64,000 nucleotides of DNA from Lama guanicoe. Taxonomy: Eukaryota. This document shows, piece after piece, positions 13,471 to 27,600 of this stretch. Under the pieces are notes generated by a model. It searched no databases, was not told the origin of the DNA, and was given only the letters and a program-made list of their open reading frames with translations. Made by a program: the position numbers and the translations under genes. Positions within the stretch are counted from its first letter, which is position 1. The number at the start of each line of letters is the position of its first letter. The DNA is taken from the NCBI GenBank assembly GCA_013239625.1, contig MU053934.1:4420399-4484398 (forward strand), written 5' to 3'.

Positions 13471-13633
13471 TGGTGGGAAGGGTATAGCTCAGTGGTAGAC
13501 TGCAATGCTTAGCACACATGAGGTCACAGGTTCAATCCCCAGTACCTCCTTTAAATAAAAAAATATATAACGATAATAATAAATAAATATTTCCTCCCCC
13601 ACAAAAATTTTAAAATTTTTTAAAGAGAAAAAA
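13471..13633 (+). mobile_element. tRNA-derived SINE (camelid Vic-type) with target-site duplication
   Basis: GGGTATAGCTCAGTGGTAG...GGTTCAATCCCCAGTACCTCC plus A-rich tail, flanked by AGAAAGAGGAGAAT (13457-13470) and AGAAATAGGAGAAT (13634-13647). Confidence 0.9.
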
Positions 13634-14204
13634 AGAAATAGGAGAATGAAGGTGATTAAGAAACACATTAAAGATGAACTAGAAAATAAATAAACATAAT
13701 CTAAAATAAAAGAAATTAAAACCTAATGGAAAATATTGAATATAAAACAAAGCCAAATAAGTTCAACTCAAGTTAGCAAACACTGAGCGAGCACCTACTG
13801 TGTGTTCGTCTGAGTGCGGGATTACAGCAATGCCCAAGACGCAGCCCTCCCTGGCGAGCGCAATGTCCATCGGAAAGGGAGGGCAGACAGCATAGATAAT
13901 GCTGACACAGATGGAATGTGGATCCCCTTGGGTGGGCACCAGAGAAAGAGAGAGAGGAGTGAATCAAGAGGGCTTCAGGGAGGAGGTGACTTCTCACAGG
14001 AGGGCTTCAGGGAGGGCAAGTGGTAACGGAGAGCAGTACAGTGGAGTGATGGTAAGAGGACCTGCCCTTTGTCTGGAGCATCCATTAACTACAGAGCAGG
14101 AGTGACAAACAGGTTGCAACTCACCAGAAGCCTGCAACGCTGGGTTGAGAGAGATTCTGAAGTTCAGTGGGCATTCATGGAGAAAGAATGCCAGGATTGG
14201 TTAG

Positions 14205-15260
14205 CAAGTCACTCATTCATTTATTCCCTCAGGAAATATTTCTTGAGTACCTACTATGTGCCACACACTGTCTGGGGATCCCAAAGTGCAGCCTCCATTC
14301 AGATGGAGGAAAACAGGCAAGAGGACAATGAACGAGTGAAATGTATCAGATGCCAGATGGTTAGAAGCGCTCTGAGGAAAGATGAAGCTGGGCAGGGAGG
14401 CGGGGGTTCATTTTCTGTAAGGTGATCAGAAAAGGCTTCACCCAGTGGGGCATTTGATCAGAGACTAAAGAAAGTGAGGTGTGGGGTCTGGAGAAGGAAA
14501 GCTTCAGGTCGGGAGTGTAGGGAGTGGGGAGGATGGTAAACGCAGAGCCCCAGGGGCGCTCAGGGGAGGTGAGGTCCACATGGGGCCAGGAGGTCCTTGA
14601 GAGTCATTGTGAGGACCTGGCTTTTACTCTGAGTGACAGCAGGAACCCTGGGGGCAGTTCGAGCAAAGAAGTGTGTTGTCTGGCCTGTATGGTAACAAGC
14701 CCATCCTGGCTGCAGCCTGAGGTGGGGGTGGGCAGTAAGGGGCTGAGGAGGGTGGGGGCTGGTCAGGGCTGGCAGCGTGGAGGTGTGGGGAGGGCGGGGA
14801 ATCTAAATGTGTTTGAAGGTGGAGCTGCCAGTGTTTGAGCCATTCAATGGGGGATGGGTAAAGCAAAGGGAAAGCCGATTCCAAGGTTTGGGCCCCAGCT
14901 CTTGGGAGGATGGCTAAGTGGGCGCAGCAGGTTTGGGATGGATGGGAGCAAACGCTGAGGTTGAGCAAGTTAAGGCTGAGATGCCTGGTGATAAATCCGA
15001 GACAACTCAGGGAGCAGTGGAGAACGCAGCCAGATCCAGGAGTCTGAAGTTCAGGTCCCAGCTGGGGACACACACTTGGGTGCCATTGGCTTATGGGTGG
15101 TAATTAACCCGGGAGACAGGATAAGATCACCCTGGGAATGGGTGTGGACAAAGAAGCGGTCCAAGGATTGAGCCCTGGGTGTCCGCCAACATTTAGAAGT
15201 CAGGGAGAAGAGGAGGGACCAGCAGAGCTGCTGAGCGGAGCAGCCAGGAGGTGGGGGGCC
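14205..15260 (-). mobile_element. L2 LINE relic
   Basis: CATTCATTTATTC...AAATATTTCTTGAGTACCTACTATGTGCCA marks an L2 3' end in reverse, followed by purine-rich L2 body text. Confidence 0.75.
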
Positions 15261-16411
15261 CAGGAGAGCTGGGGTGGGGGCCTCAGCCAAGTGCTCAGCA
15301 CCCAGCCGCATGGCAGTGGATGGAGACGTGACAGATATTGTTCCTGCAGAGCAGTGGGGGCAAGCCGGATAGGAGACAGAGAATTTGGGAAAGACTAGAG
15401 GAGAAGTTAAGGGACAAGCTGAGACAACTCTTCCCAGGAGTGTGGCTATGTAGGGAGCAGCGGTGCTGCCCTGAAGCCCAGGCTAGAGACTCCGAGGGCC
15501 CCACGCGGGCCTCCTCCCGCTGCCCTCCCGACTGGTGGCCAAGGGGCAACTGTTTGCTTCAGGGGTGGGGGTTGGGGGTGGTGGGCTGAGCTTGGTCTGG
15601 GCTGGGTGTCCAATGTTTATGATGCAGGAATAGCTAATTAGGACAAACAAAGGCCTTGGTCGAGGCCTTTCAGGGTGTGGGTGGAGACAAGGGTGAGAAA
15701 GAAGGGGGCCGGGCTGGGGACCAGGGCCAGAGCCAAGGCCAAGGCTGACTCTCCCCATGCCACCATGTTCCAGAAGTGGGAGAATCCTGAATCCAAACAC
15801 TTCATTAAGAAGACCTACTTCTCAAGTAGAAAGAGAACATATCTGATTTAACAGTTGGTTAGTGTGTTTATACTATTTTGATATTTAGACTTAGAGGATG
15901 CGGGCCTCCACCTGCATTCTTGTCCCGGGCCCTTCAAATGTTAGGGCTGACCTGGGGTGAACTCGCGTGCTGGGGTGAACACAGGGTTGTTTTGGAGTTT
16001 GGTTCATTTTCTGTTTTGTTTTTAATATGTGAGAAGAACTAACATTCTCTCCTGAAAAGTGATCCCAGAGAGAGGAAGCTGGTGGTGCAGGAGGGGGTGT
16101 GAATTGCAGGAGGGCTGGGGTCCAGCGCACACGAGCTGGGCCGGCCTTAGGGGGACTCGAACATATCCATCCACAAGACCAGGGGGGCGTCAGCCTGAGC
16201 GGGACTCAGCAGGTTGGTGATGGGATCACGTGGAAGTTCTCCCATGATTCCTTCTGTTATTTCTGTGAAAAAGCAGCAAGACCATCGGTCACAAATAAGG
16301 GAAGAAAGCCCTGGAGGTTTGCAGAGGGAGCAGAATGCGTGAAAGGGCCCTCTCATATGGAGAGGGGAGCAGGCGGACCAGAGATACGTGGCAGCATCAC
16401 CCAGTAGGACT

Positions 16412-16895
16412 CTGGCAGATTGCATTTTCCCAAGATGGGAAACATCTTCCACCCCACAAGCTCTTCTAGAACCTTCCACTCCTCCACTAAGAAGTGGAGT
16501 CTAATTCCCCTCCTCTTGAGCCTGGACAGGCTTGTGACTCACTCATTACCAACGGCATGGGTGGAAGTGACGGTGCAACACTTCCGAAGCTACCTGAGCA
16601 AGGCTTTCATCTTGCCGGACACCCGTGCTGGAGCCTGGAGCCGCCATGCTGGAAGGAAGCCCAAGCTAGCCCATGCAGAGACCACACGGAGAGGCCCTGA
16701 GTCCATGGAGGGGAGACAGGTGTCCAGCCAGGGCTCAGATGCTCCAGCTCCAGCCGCCATCTGACTGCCACTCTGTAGACCCTGAACGACGCAGCTGAGC
16801 CCTTTCCAAATCCCTGGCTCATAGAAACCATGAGAAATAATAAGATGATTGTTGTCTTCAATGTTTATGATGCAGGAATAGCTAATTAGAACAAA
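16412..16895. mobile_element. MaLR LTR (MLT1G/H-like)
   Basis: TGGCAGATTGCATTTTCCCAAGATGG...GAAGTGGAGTCTAATTCCCCTCCTCTTGAG...ending GCAGGAATAGCTAATTAGAACA. Confidence 0.75.
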
Positions 16896-17524
16896 CACCA
16901 AGGACCAACTAGAGATCCATGGTCATGAATTAAAGTGATGCAACCCTTTGGCTCAGCGATAGCCAACACATTTCTACAGAGACAGTCTCCCTTCCTTCCC
17001 ACAGGGGAGGAGTAGCGAGGGTGAAGGAGAAAAGGTAGAGGGGACTGGGTCTCAGATATCAGGCCGAGGTGTTTGGACTTGACCCTGTGGGCTACTGAGA
17101 GCATGTCAGTGAGAACTCTCTATGTTCTGTGCACATGCCAGGCCCACTCTGGTTTTAGCAATGTAGACTCCAGATGCCATCCTTAGTTGGTTCGGAGAGG
17201 AGAGGCCTGGGGACTCTGGGCACAGCTGGATCCTCAGCTCCTCCCATCTGCCTGAGGACTGCGACATGAAGCCAGTAGACTAGAAAAAGGGCGGAGAGTA
17301 GTAAGCCTCAGTGATCTCATCTGGTAAGTGGGGGCTTAGACTTAAGGCTTCTATGTGGTCTTCTGGCTCTGAGACTAAGGATGGGACAGGGACATTTTTT
17401 AGCATGTTCCCACAGAAGCATTGCCTGTGGTCAGGACAGGTGCAGGCTGGGCCCTAGGGCTCCATCCTGTGAGTGAGACTTGCAGGAAAAGGACTTGAGG
17501 CCTGGCCTCCTTATGTTATAGGCC

Positions 17525-18062
17525 TTTTTCAGGATTTTTAGGTTCCCAGGAGCAGAAACCCCAACTTAAGGTGGCTTTAAAATCTATGGGCTGTGTAGCA
17601 ACTAAAAGCACAGCGGTATTTGAGGTTTCAAGCAAAGCTTGAGCCAGCCGTGCAAACAGGGTGACAGGACGTGGTTTCTCTGCCTCCATCTCTCAGCTCT
17701 GTGTTCTCACATTTACTCCTTTCCCAGGCTGGGTCTCCCCTGGAGGTGGGGGGTCTCAGTATGTTCCCCTGTCAGGTTCAGGTCTACCTGCTTCTCTTTA
17801 GGTCCAGTGGAGAGAAAGTCTACTTCCCAGAGACCTTAGTACAGGCCATTCTGTGATTGGACTAACTTGAGTCACATGTCCATCCTTGAACCAATCACAG
17901 CAGCCATGGGATGGGACATAGTAACTGGTTTTAACCAATCAGGGCCCACCTGGAGCTGGAGTGGTGTCTACCCCACCCAGCCATGGGATGGAAACATGGG
18001 GTGCAGTTAGGAGGGAGGAAAGGGACTGAGGGCTAAGGAGGGACCCAGTGTCTGCTACTACA
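17525..18062. mobile_element. MaLR LTR (MLT1K/L-like)
   Basis: Motif TGATTGGACTAACTTGAGTCACATGTCCATCCTTGAACCAATCAC. Confidence 0.6.
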
Positions 18063-19867
18063 GGACGTTGGAGAACAACAAACGGGTCCAAGGCATTTCC
18101 TTTGGTCCACCCAGCAGAACCTTCTGGAGACTGTGTGCTCTGTCAGAGAGGAAGTGGTTGAGCACCGGAAAGAGGGGGAATCTCCCATCAAGTCTATTTC
18201 CAGTACCAGCTGCCCATCTGGCTGGCCTGAGCCCTGGGATGGAGGCGGCCACCATTGGCTGGAACCCAGGGCCTGCCTGAGACACTTGGGCAGCTGGAGA
18301 CTGATTAAGCTGGGAAAAGTGCAGGCTGGAGAGGGCTGGGGTGGGGAAGTGATGTGACTCTTCCCTAATACCAAAAAAGGGAACAGAAAAGTTCAGCTTA
18401 GGCTCCAGGAGGGAGCCAAACAAGTAGCACATGACAGGAGCAAACAGCCCCTTCTACCTGGGCTCAGTTCTGGTGGGCATGCCCTTACCTTACTGGCCCA
18501 AGAGTCCTGGGGGCAAGGCTGCATGGGGATGACCCCATTGCTCGGATGGGGAGGTGGAGGCCCTGAGAAAAGTGACTTATCTAGGGTCAGCCCGAGAAAT
18601 AAGGCAAAGCCAGGGTATGAACCAGAGCGCTCTCAGGACTCCCCTGACCCCTTCTTCCCATAGCACAGGTGGTCAGGCCCCTTCCCATGCCCAGAGTTAA
18701 CATGATGATGAGACCACTAGTTGGGAGAGCATTCAAATCCCCCATGGACCCCCACTCTCCCAGAGGCTAGGGAGATAGAGGGCAGGGGCTGCAGGGTCCA
18801 ACTGGTCCAAGTTCAAATCCTGCCTCTGCCATCCTGCCTGTGTGAACTTGGAAGAGTCAGTGTCCTCATTTACAAAATGTAACAAATTCTTTCATTAGAG
18901 GTCATTGGGAAGAGTGATTGACATCACACATGTAAGGCAATTGACACATGCAGCACATGGTGAATGTTCCATGCCTTGTGTACCAGAAGGAAAGAGTTTG
19001 TCAGGTTTAATTACCATGCCACGGCAGAAATGCTGTGATCCGCTGAACCCAGCACTGCAAGATGCAGACGATGGGGGACTATTCCAATTTTTAAAAAAAG
19101 AAGAGAAACAGACTGGGAGTGGGGCTTTTGTCAAGAAATAAACCAGGGCTGCAGTCCTAGAAGTCCTGGCTTTCTGGGAGGGGCTGAGAGCTCTGTCCCC
19201 ACCGCTCACTGGAAGCCCAGACACTGCAGAATCTGTTTCTACCTTTTTCCCAGGGACTGGACTAGATCCCTCATCCCCTGAGCCTGAGATCAGCAGGGGT
19301 GATAAGGCTGCAGACAGGGGGTCATTGTCCACCCTGGCCGGGCCCAGATCCCATAGCTCCATCTGGGGCACAGGGTCTTCTTGGACCAGTCCAGCCATGT
19401 GTGTGTGTGTTGAGGGGTGTTTATCCCTCAGTTGCCATGGGAGACCTAGATTCTACACTGAGCACTCTCTCCAGTGTCCCAACGGTGACCCCAGAGCATC
19501 TCCGAACAGCAGGCTTGGGTGGGGCCTGGGAGAACAAAGCTGCCTTTGGCTGCCGGCGGCCGGGTGGGCAGAATGCGTCAGCTTGTCAGCCAGCCAGAGA
19601 GACCTGGAAGCCAGACTTATCACCCCCTCTCTCTGTCACCACGCATATCTTGTTTTTGTCATGACATGACATGACAGATGTTGCTTGTCAGTGCTGCCCC
19701 TGAAATGTCTCTAGACCCTGGCCCCTGCCATCCAGCCACACAGCTGCTTCCCTGACCACCTCCACCACTGGACCCCTCCCTCCTTGTCTCACAATCAGTC
19801 TGTCCTGCATCCACAGCCAGAGGGAGCTTCTAGAAACACAGTTCAAGCCCTGGTGTTGAATCCTTCA

Positions 19868-20750
19868 GCGAATATTTGCAAAGTATATCCCTGACAAAGG
19901 ACTCAACACCAGAATATATAAAGAACTTCTACAAATCAATAAGAAAAAGAGAAGCAACCAGTAAAAAAGGGGCAAGAGTCTTTGAACAGTCCCCTCACAA
20001 AAGAGGTTCTCCAAGTGGCCTATGAATTCATGAAAACATTATTAGTCATCAGTGGAATGCAAAATAAACCTCCAACGAGATAACACTACACCCCTGCCCA
20101 AAGTGCTAAAATAAACATTGTAGAAAATATCAAGAGTTGGTGAGGATGTGGAGCAACTGGAATGTTCAGAACTCTGTTGCTGAAGGGAGCATATGTGGTA
20201 CAACCATTGTTTGGCACAGTCTTACTAAAGCTGAGCATATGCTTACCCTGTATCAGGCAGTTTCACTCCCGGGCATATGTCCAACAGAAATGCATGCATA
20301 TGTCCACTGAAAGACACGGACAAGATGGTTTTTATTCATATTTTTATTCTGCTTTTTTCCAAGCAGCCACAACCCAAAAATAACCTGGATTGTCCATCAA
20401 CAATACAATGGGATGAGATTGGATGTATATAACATGGTGCTGGGAGGAAGAAGCTGGACACAAAGACATATACACTGTGTGATTCCATTTATGTGAGCTT
20501 CAAAAACAGATGAAACTGCATCAAAGTCAGGACAGTGGTGATCTTTGAGGAAAACAGAGAAATAAGGGGAGGCACAAGGGGCATTTCTTGGATGCTGGTA
20601 ATGTCTTGTCTCTTGATCAAAGCACTGGTCACACAGGTGCGTTTAGCTTGTGAACATTCATCCTGCTGGACACTTACAATATAAGCACTTTTCTTTCCGT
20701 ATATTACTCTTCAATAAAATGTTAAAGAAAAAGAAAAAGAAAAAGAAAAA
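19868..20750 (+). mobile_element. Old L1 (L1ME-like) 3' end
   Basis: AGAATATATAAAGAACTTCTACAAATCAATAAGAAAAAG...TGGTGAGGATGTGGAGCAACTGGAA...ends TACTCTTCAATAAAATGTT plus an A-tail. Confidence 0.85.
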
Positions 20751-23130
20751 CCCCACCTACATTGCCCAGGTCCTCTGTGATGGTTCCCACCAGCTTATCC
20801 TCAGTTCCCTGGACATGTTGTGTAGTTCTCTCTGCCTGGAGTTCCTGTATCCAGTGGGTAAACACTCTGCTCTGGGGTCATCACCACCACCATGAAGCCC
20901 TCCCTCCTGGCCCAGACAGAGGTGTTTTTCTCCCTCCTCCAAAAGCCATAGGTACCTTCATTCCAGCCCTTACTCATCTTACAGTCACTCCACAATATTT
21001 ATTAGCATTTGCAACGTGCCAGGCACATACACTTGTGAATAAAACAGTCATAAGTTAACAGGTTAGGTTTTAAAATTTTTTTTAATAATCACAGAAATAA
21101 ATAGACACAGACAAATTGCAATAAGTGCCCCTAAAGGGAAGTCCAGATAAGCTGTGGAGAATGAGACAGGGGATAGGGGAGTGGGAGGGGATGGTTTACA
21201 CTGGAAGATCAGGGAAAGGTCTCCAAGGCAGAGACCTGGATAAGAAAAGGAAGCCAGGCCAAGATGATGTGGGAGGAGTCTCCAGGCTGAGGGCACTGCA
21301 CTGCCGGAGAGCGCTAACCTGTGAATGTCCAGGGGTTGGAACTGTGCCATTCAGGAGATTAGCACAGGTCCCTAGGTGTCTGGGAGTATTTTGTGAATGA
21401 ATGAATGAATGACGAGAGGCTGGAAGAGATGCGCAGGGTGATCACAGGCAGGGGTTTGGTGGCCTCAAGGACACAGGCTGCCCCTTCACAAATGTGTACC
21501 TTCAGCTGGGAGAGCCAATGGGGGAAATTAAAGTTAGAGTTCCAAGAAGCACAGACCCTGCCCTCTGTACCCAGCAAGTATGCAGAGGCACAGGCTAATC
21601 ATTCCTTCATTTATTCACTCATTCAGTTGATACATATAAATTAAGTGCCAGGCCCCACACAAGGGGCTCTTCCCTTGGCCTCCCATGCATGCCAAATTCC
21701 CAGCAGCTATTTTAAATTCTGGAATCTCTGGAAATTCAAGTCTCTTCCTGCTTTAAAATGTTTCCTCATCTCAAACTTCCGTCCCCTTCCATGGGCCAAG
21801 CAGGACTCTGCCCTGATCACCAGGGAAAATCCAGGGGAAACCTAGGTTACGCCATCCAGTTATTTACAAGCCCAAACATGATTCAGGGGACAGAGTTCAC
21901 CTTGCCAAAATAACGTCTGCTTTACCAAAGAATTCTCAAAGCAATTTTAATTAGTTTTCCCAGCAGAAATTCTCAGACGCTGTTGGCGGGACCATAGACA
22001 GGTACTGCCCTCCCAGATGCAATATGCCAGGACTTGGAACAGTTATGACAGCATGTGGCCGTGACCCAGCAACCCCCGGAGCACATTACGCCCGGGTCGA
22101 CAGGGGTCATGCCCAGCGTCTTCCTGCCAGCTCTGCTTGTAGCAGCTGTGAACAGAGGCAGCCAGGTTTCCCCAGCTAAGGAACTAGTTAAAGGTGGTGG
22201 ATGCATGCAGTGGTTAGAAGAACTAGCCCATCTTTAGGACAACATGGGTCAGAACAAAAAGATCTATTTGGAGCAAAATGGGAAATAAATAAAATGCGAT
22301 GTCTGACACGTTACCATTTGTGTAAACGTAAAACACATACACACACAAAAGCTACATACTTTTGAGGATGAATACATACTTAAGGACATATACTGAGTAC
22401 ACTGGATGGGGAGTCTTTGGAAGGAGGGGAAAAAGAGTTGGTTCAGGGATGAGGGAAGATTTTGCCTTATATACAAACATCTATATACTTTATATAAAGT
22501 AAGAGAGGGCCTTGCATGGACCATGAAAATATACTAGAAACTAAGGATTTTTAATTAATTCAACAATCTCCACCTAAGGTAAAAAGTAAAATTTAAATTT
22601 TAAAAGTTTACATCTTCTGGGAAGACGTAGTACACATACTCTTTTTCCCTATCCTCCCAGTAAGTCAAGCTAGAAACCACACACACTGTATGTAAAACAA
22701 GCATAAGGAGACTCTGAAAGGAGAGGGGAAGATGGCAGGTGAGCTAGCGGGTCAAAGAACCCAAGGAGCGACCAGTGGTGAGTGTACCACTGGTCACGGC
22801 TGTTTTCTTTCTTTTAATTTGCCTCCTACATCCCTGACTTGGAGCTGAAGAAGCCAGCAACCTGGAAATGCCTAGACATTAAAAGACACCCTCCCCTGCT
22901 CCCTGCAAAAGTCTGCTCTCTCCAGTAAAAAAGAAAAATCAAAAAACCAAAAAACAAACAAACAAACAAACAAACAGGAAAGAGGGAGCCTAGCAAGACA
23001 GAAAAATTTTAGACATTAATTGTTCTACTTCAGCCAAACACCCCAGAAAAATCTGTAGCCCCATCCATGTCTTTGCTAAGAGTTAAGTATGAAAAATAGA
23101 AAAATAGAAAGGTTACAATATGGTGCCCCA

Positions 23131-23285
23131 GAGAGGAGGGCATAGTTCAGCGGTAGAGTGCATGCTTAGCATGCAAGAAATCCTGGATTCAATCCCTAGC
23201 ACCTCCATTAAAAATAAATAAATGAATAAACCTAGTTACCCCTACACACACACAAAAAGCTAAAACAAACAAAATTTAAAAAAAG
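23131..23285 (+). mobile_element. tRNA-derived SINE (camelid Vic-type) inside the L1
   Basis: GGAGGGCATAGTTCAGCGGTAGAGTGCATGCTTAGCATGCAAGAAATCCTGGATTCAATCCCTAGCACCTCC plus tail. Confidence 0.85.
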
Positions 23286-23756
23286 ATATAGCTTCTCAAT
23301 CTCCCCACCAGAGCAAAGACCAAGCAGGGTCCTGTGACTCTCACCCTCACCTAAGCAGTAATGAAGAGCCCCATCACCTCGTGTATCAACAGAGGTCAAG
23401 CGGGGCACTTGGACTTCTAACTCTGTCTGGCAGCAGTGAGGCAGCATCCCCACTTCCCCCGCTGGAGCAGCCCGAGAGGAAACCCACGAAAGCAGAAGGT
23501 TTAGTAAGATACAGAGTATCGTAACATAATACCAAAAATGTCCAGGTTTTAATAGAAATTCGCCCAACATGCCAAGAACCAGGAAGATCTCAAATTAAAT
23601 GAAAAAAAAGACAATCCACAAATGTCAAGACAGATAACAGAAGTATTATGAACACTCCAGAAACAAAAGAAAAAATCAAGTCTCCGCAAAGAGATACAAC
23701 ATATAAAGAGGAAGCTCAATCATAGAGTAGAGGGGGAGGAAAGAATCAGTGAAAGA

Positions 23757-24249
23757 CAGATCTTCCTTGACTTATGATGGGGTTACATCCCAATAAACCC
23801 ACTGTAAGTTGAAAATATCATAAGTCAAAAAAAATGTATTTAATATACCTAACCTACTGAACATCATAGCTTAGCCTAGTCTATGTTAAACATCCTCAGA
23901 ACACTTAACATGAGCCAAGAGTTGGGCAAAATCACCTAACACAAAGCCTATTTTCTAATAAAGTGTTGAATAGCTCCTGTAACTTATTGAATACTGTACT
24001 GAAAGTGAAAAACTGAATGGTCTGGGTCCAGAGGATGCTTGTATGTGTATCGGTTGTTTACCATGGTGATCACATGGCTTGCTGCCACTGCCCAGCATCA
24101 CAGGAAAGTATTGTACTGCATATCATTGGCCCAGGAAAAGATCAAAATTCAAAATATGAAGTATGGTTTCTACTGAATGCATATTGCTTTAGTACCATCA
24201 CAAAGCTGAAAAGTTATAAGTTGAACCATCATAAGTTGGGGACCACAAG
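23757..24249. mobile_element. MER47/Tigger5-like Tc1-mariner MITE inside the L1
   Basis: Terminal inverted repeats CAGATCTTCCTTGACTTATGATGG and CCATCATAAGTTGGGGACCAC; the internal text matches recalled MER47. Confidence 0.8.
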
Positions 24250-24520
24250 TACAGAATAATATAAATTACCTAACCTAAAAAACAGAGAGAAAATAGACTG
24301 GAAAAAAAAGGAACAGAGCCTCAGGGAACTGTGGGACTACGACAAAAAAATCTAACATTCATGTCACTGGAGTCCCCGAAGAAGAAGAGAAAGAGGGCAG
24401 GGCTGAAAAACAGTTCAAAGAAACAAGAGCTGATAATTTGGCCACAGACATAGGCCTACAGATTCAAGAAGCTGAGTGAACCCCAAAAAGGATAAACCTA
24501 AAGAAATCTAAAAAATTTCT

Positions 24521-24662
24521 GGAGAGGGTATAGCTTAGTGGTAGGGTGTCTACTTAGCATGCACAAGGTCCTGGGTTCAATCCCCAGTACCTCCACCTAA
24601 AAACAAATAAGTAAACTGAATTACCTCTTCCCTTCAAAAAAAGAAAAAAAGAAAAAAAAGAA
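24521..24662 (+). mobile_element. tRNA-derived SINE (camelid Vic-type) inside the L1
   Basis: GGAGAGGGTATAGCTTAGTGGTAG...GGTCCTGGGTTCAATCCCCAGTACCTCC plus A-tail. Confidence 0.85.
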
Positions 24663-27600
24663 CATTAAAATACACACACACACACACAGACACATCATGG
24701 TCAAACTTTTTCTGAAAACTAAAAACAGAAAAAAGTCTTAAATGTGGCAAGAGAGAAATGACATGTTTCCTATAGGAGAAAAACAACTTGAAAGATAGTG
24801 GATTTCCTTTTAGAAACTATGGAGTTCAGGAGGAGGTGGTACAACATTTTCCCAGTGCTAAAAGAAAAGAACTGTCAACACAGAATCCTATATCCAGAGA
24901 AAATATCGTATAGAAATGAAGGGGAAATCAAGACATTCTTGGGTAAAGAAAGAGAATATACCAAGAGAATGTGTCACCAGGAAATCCACTTTAAAAGAAT
25001 AGCTTGAAAAAAATCCTCTAAATAGAAAGGAAATGATAAACAAGTAATCTTGGAACATAAGGAAGGAAAAAAGAACACAGCATGCAAAAATATGGGTTAA
25101 CACATTAGAATTTCCTACTCTTCTTGGGTTTGAGAGTTGAAGCAAACATTTTAACACTATCTGCTGTGGCTTTAAATGTATCAAAAGGACATATTTAAGA
25201 CAATTGTATTATAAATGGGAGAAAGTAAAGGGACTTAAAAGGAGGTAAGATTTCTACATTTCACTGAAACTGGTAAAATGATGACACCAGTATGCTGGAA
25301 TATATTATGTGTATATAATGTAATACTTAGAGAAGCTACTAAAAAAGCTATACCAAGATGTACACTTAAAACTACACCATAGATAAATCAAAATGGAATT
25401 TTGAAGAATGTTCAAGTAATCCAAGGAATGCAGGAAAAGAAAACAGAGAAATTAAAAACAGAACACAAAACAAAACAAAATGACAAAATTAAGCCCTAAT
25501 ACATCAATAACTACGTTAAACATTAATGATCTAAGAACACTAATTAAGGACAGAAATTGGCAGAGTGGATTAAAAAACATGACCCAACTGTCTGATGTCT
25601 GTAAGAAATTCACTTCAAGTGCAATGATATAGGTAGGTTGAAAGTCAAAGGATTGAAAAATACATATCATAAAAACATTAACCAAAAGAAGGTAGAAGTG
25701 ACTATATTAACATCAGACTAAGTAGACTTCAAAGCAGAGAAAACTGCCAGAGGCAGAGAGAAACTTTATGTAATGATAAAAGTGTCAATTCACCAAGAAG
25801 TCATAGCAATCCTAAACATATATGCATCAAGCAGTAGACTGCAAAATACGTAAAGAAAAAACTTACAGAACTAAAAGAAGAAAATAGACAAATCCCCAAC
25901 TGCAGTTGGAGACTTCAACACCCTCTCTCAGTAAGTGATAGGACAAATAGAAAATCAGCAAATATATAGAAGAACTCAACAACACCATCAACCAACAGGA
26001 TCTGATCAACATTCGTAGAACACACCATCCAACAACAGCAAAATACAAAATTGTTTTCAAGTAACTTTAGAACATGTAAGACAGGTCATTTTTTAAAAAC
26101 TCAGTAAATTTAAAATAATTAAAACAATGCAAAGTTGTTCTTTAACTACAGTGGAATCAAACTAGAAATCAATAACAGAAATATAACAAGAAATTCTCCA
26201 AACACTTGGAAATTGGACAAAACACTCCTAAATAATCTACAGATCAAAGAGGAAGTCTCAAAGGGATTCCAAAAATACATCAAACTGAATGAAAATGAAA
26301 ATACAGCATAGCAAAATGTGGGACACAGCAAAAGCAATACTGAGAGGGAAATTTATAGCATTAAGTGTACACATTAGAAAAGAGGGGAAGTATTCCATAT
26401 CAAGAACCCAGGAAAAGAGGAAGAAAAAACCCAGAACAAACAGAGTAAGGAAATGGTAAAGATAAAAGTAGAAATCAATGAAATTGAAAACAGGAAAAAC
26501 AATAGAGAAAATCAATGAAACAGAGAGATAGTTCTTTGAAAAGACAGATAAAATTGACAAGCCTCTAGCGAGACTGACAAAGAAAGAAAAAAGGAAAAAG
26601 GAGATGCAAATTACCAATATCAAGAACAAAACAGGAGATGTCACTACAGACACCATAGACATCAAAAGGATAATAAAGGAAATGCTATGAACAACTCTAC
26701 ACACACAAATTTGACAGCTTAGATGAAATGTACCCATTTCTAGAAAAACACAGACTACCACAACTCACTCAATATAAAAGTGATAATTTGAATAATCCTA
26801 TAACCATCAAGGAAATTGAACTTGTAATTTTAAAACTCCCCCCCATAACTCAAAATATCTTTAGGCCCAGAAAGTTTCACCAGAGAATTCTAAATGTTTA
26901 ATTAACACCAACTCTACATGATTCTTCCAGAGAATAGAAGAGGAGGAAATACTTCCCAATTCATTTTACAAAGCTGGTATTACCTCAATACCAAAACCAG
27001 AAAACAACAGTATGAAAAAAGAAAACTGCAAGCCAATTTCCTTCACAAATATAGGTGCATAATTCCTTAACAAAATATGAAAAGAATTATACATCATGAT
27101 CAAGTGGGGTTAATTCCAAGAAATCAATTTTGGTTTGATGTTTGAAAAGCAATCAATAAAATCCACTATACTAACAGGCTAAAGAGAAAAATCACATGAT
27201 CATATCAACGACGAAGAAAAAACACTTGACAAAATTATGATAAATCATGATAAAAACTTTCAAAAAAAAATAACATTAGAGGGGGAACTTCCTTAATTTG
27301 ATAGAGTATCTACAAAAACCCTACAGCTAATATTATACTTAATGATGAAAGACTAAATGCTTTTCCCCTAAGATCAGGAACAAAATAATGAGAGGAATCA
27401 TTTTGTAATCAAGTCTACTTGGTTTACTGTAACCTTTTATAAGGCATATAAGATTTTTCATATAAACAGTAATCAAGACTGTATTGTATCAGCAGAGCAA
27501 GTAACACATAGATCAATGGAACATATTCTTATTCAATATAGTGCTGGCAATTCTAACCTATGCAATAATGCAGGAAAAATAAATAAATGACATACAGATC

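Noticed and set aside
13471..13560. tRNA-like sequences here and at 4885, 23131, 24521, 38031 and 39874
   Set aside because: They carry A-rich tails, TSDs and divergent stems, so they are SINE heads rather than tRNA genes.
15611..16897. Direct repeats of ~39 bp as a CRISPR-like array
   Set aside because: Only two copies, 1.25 kb apart, in a mammalian locus with no cas-like genes.
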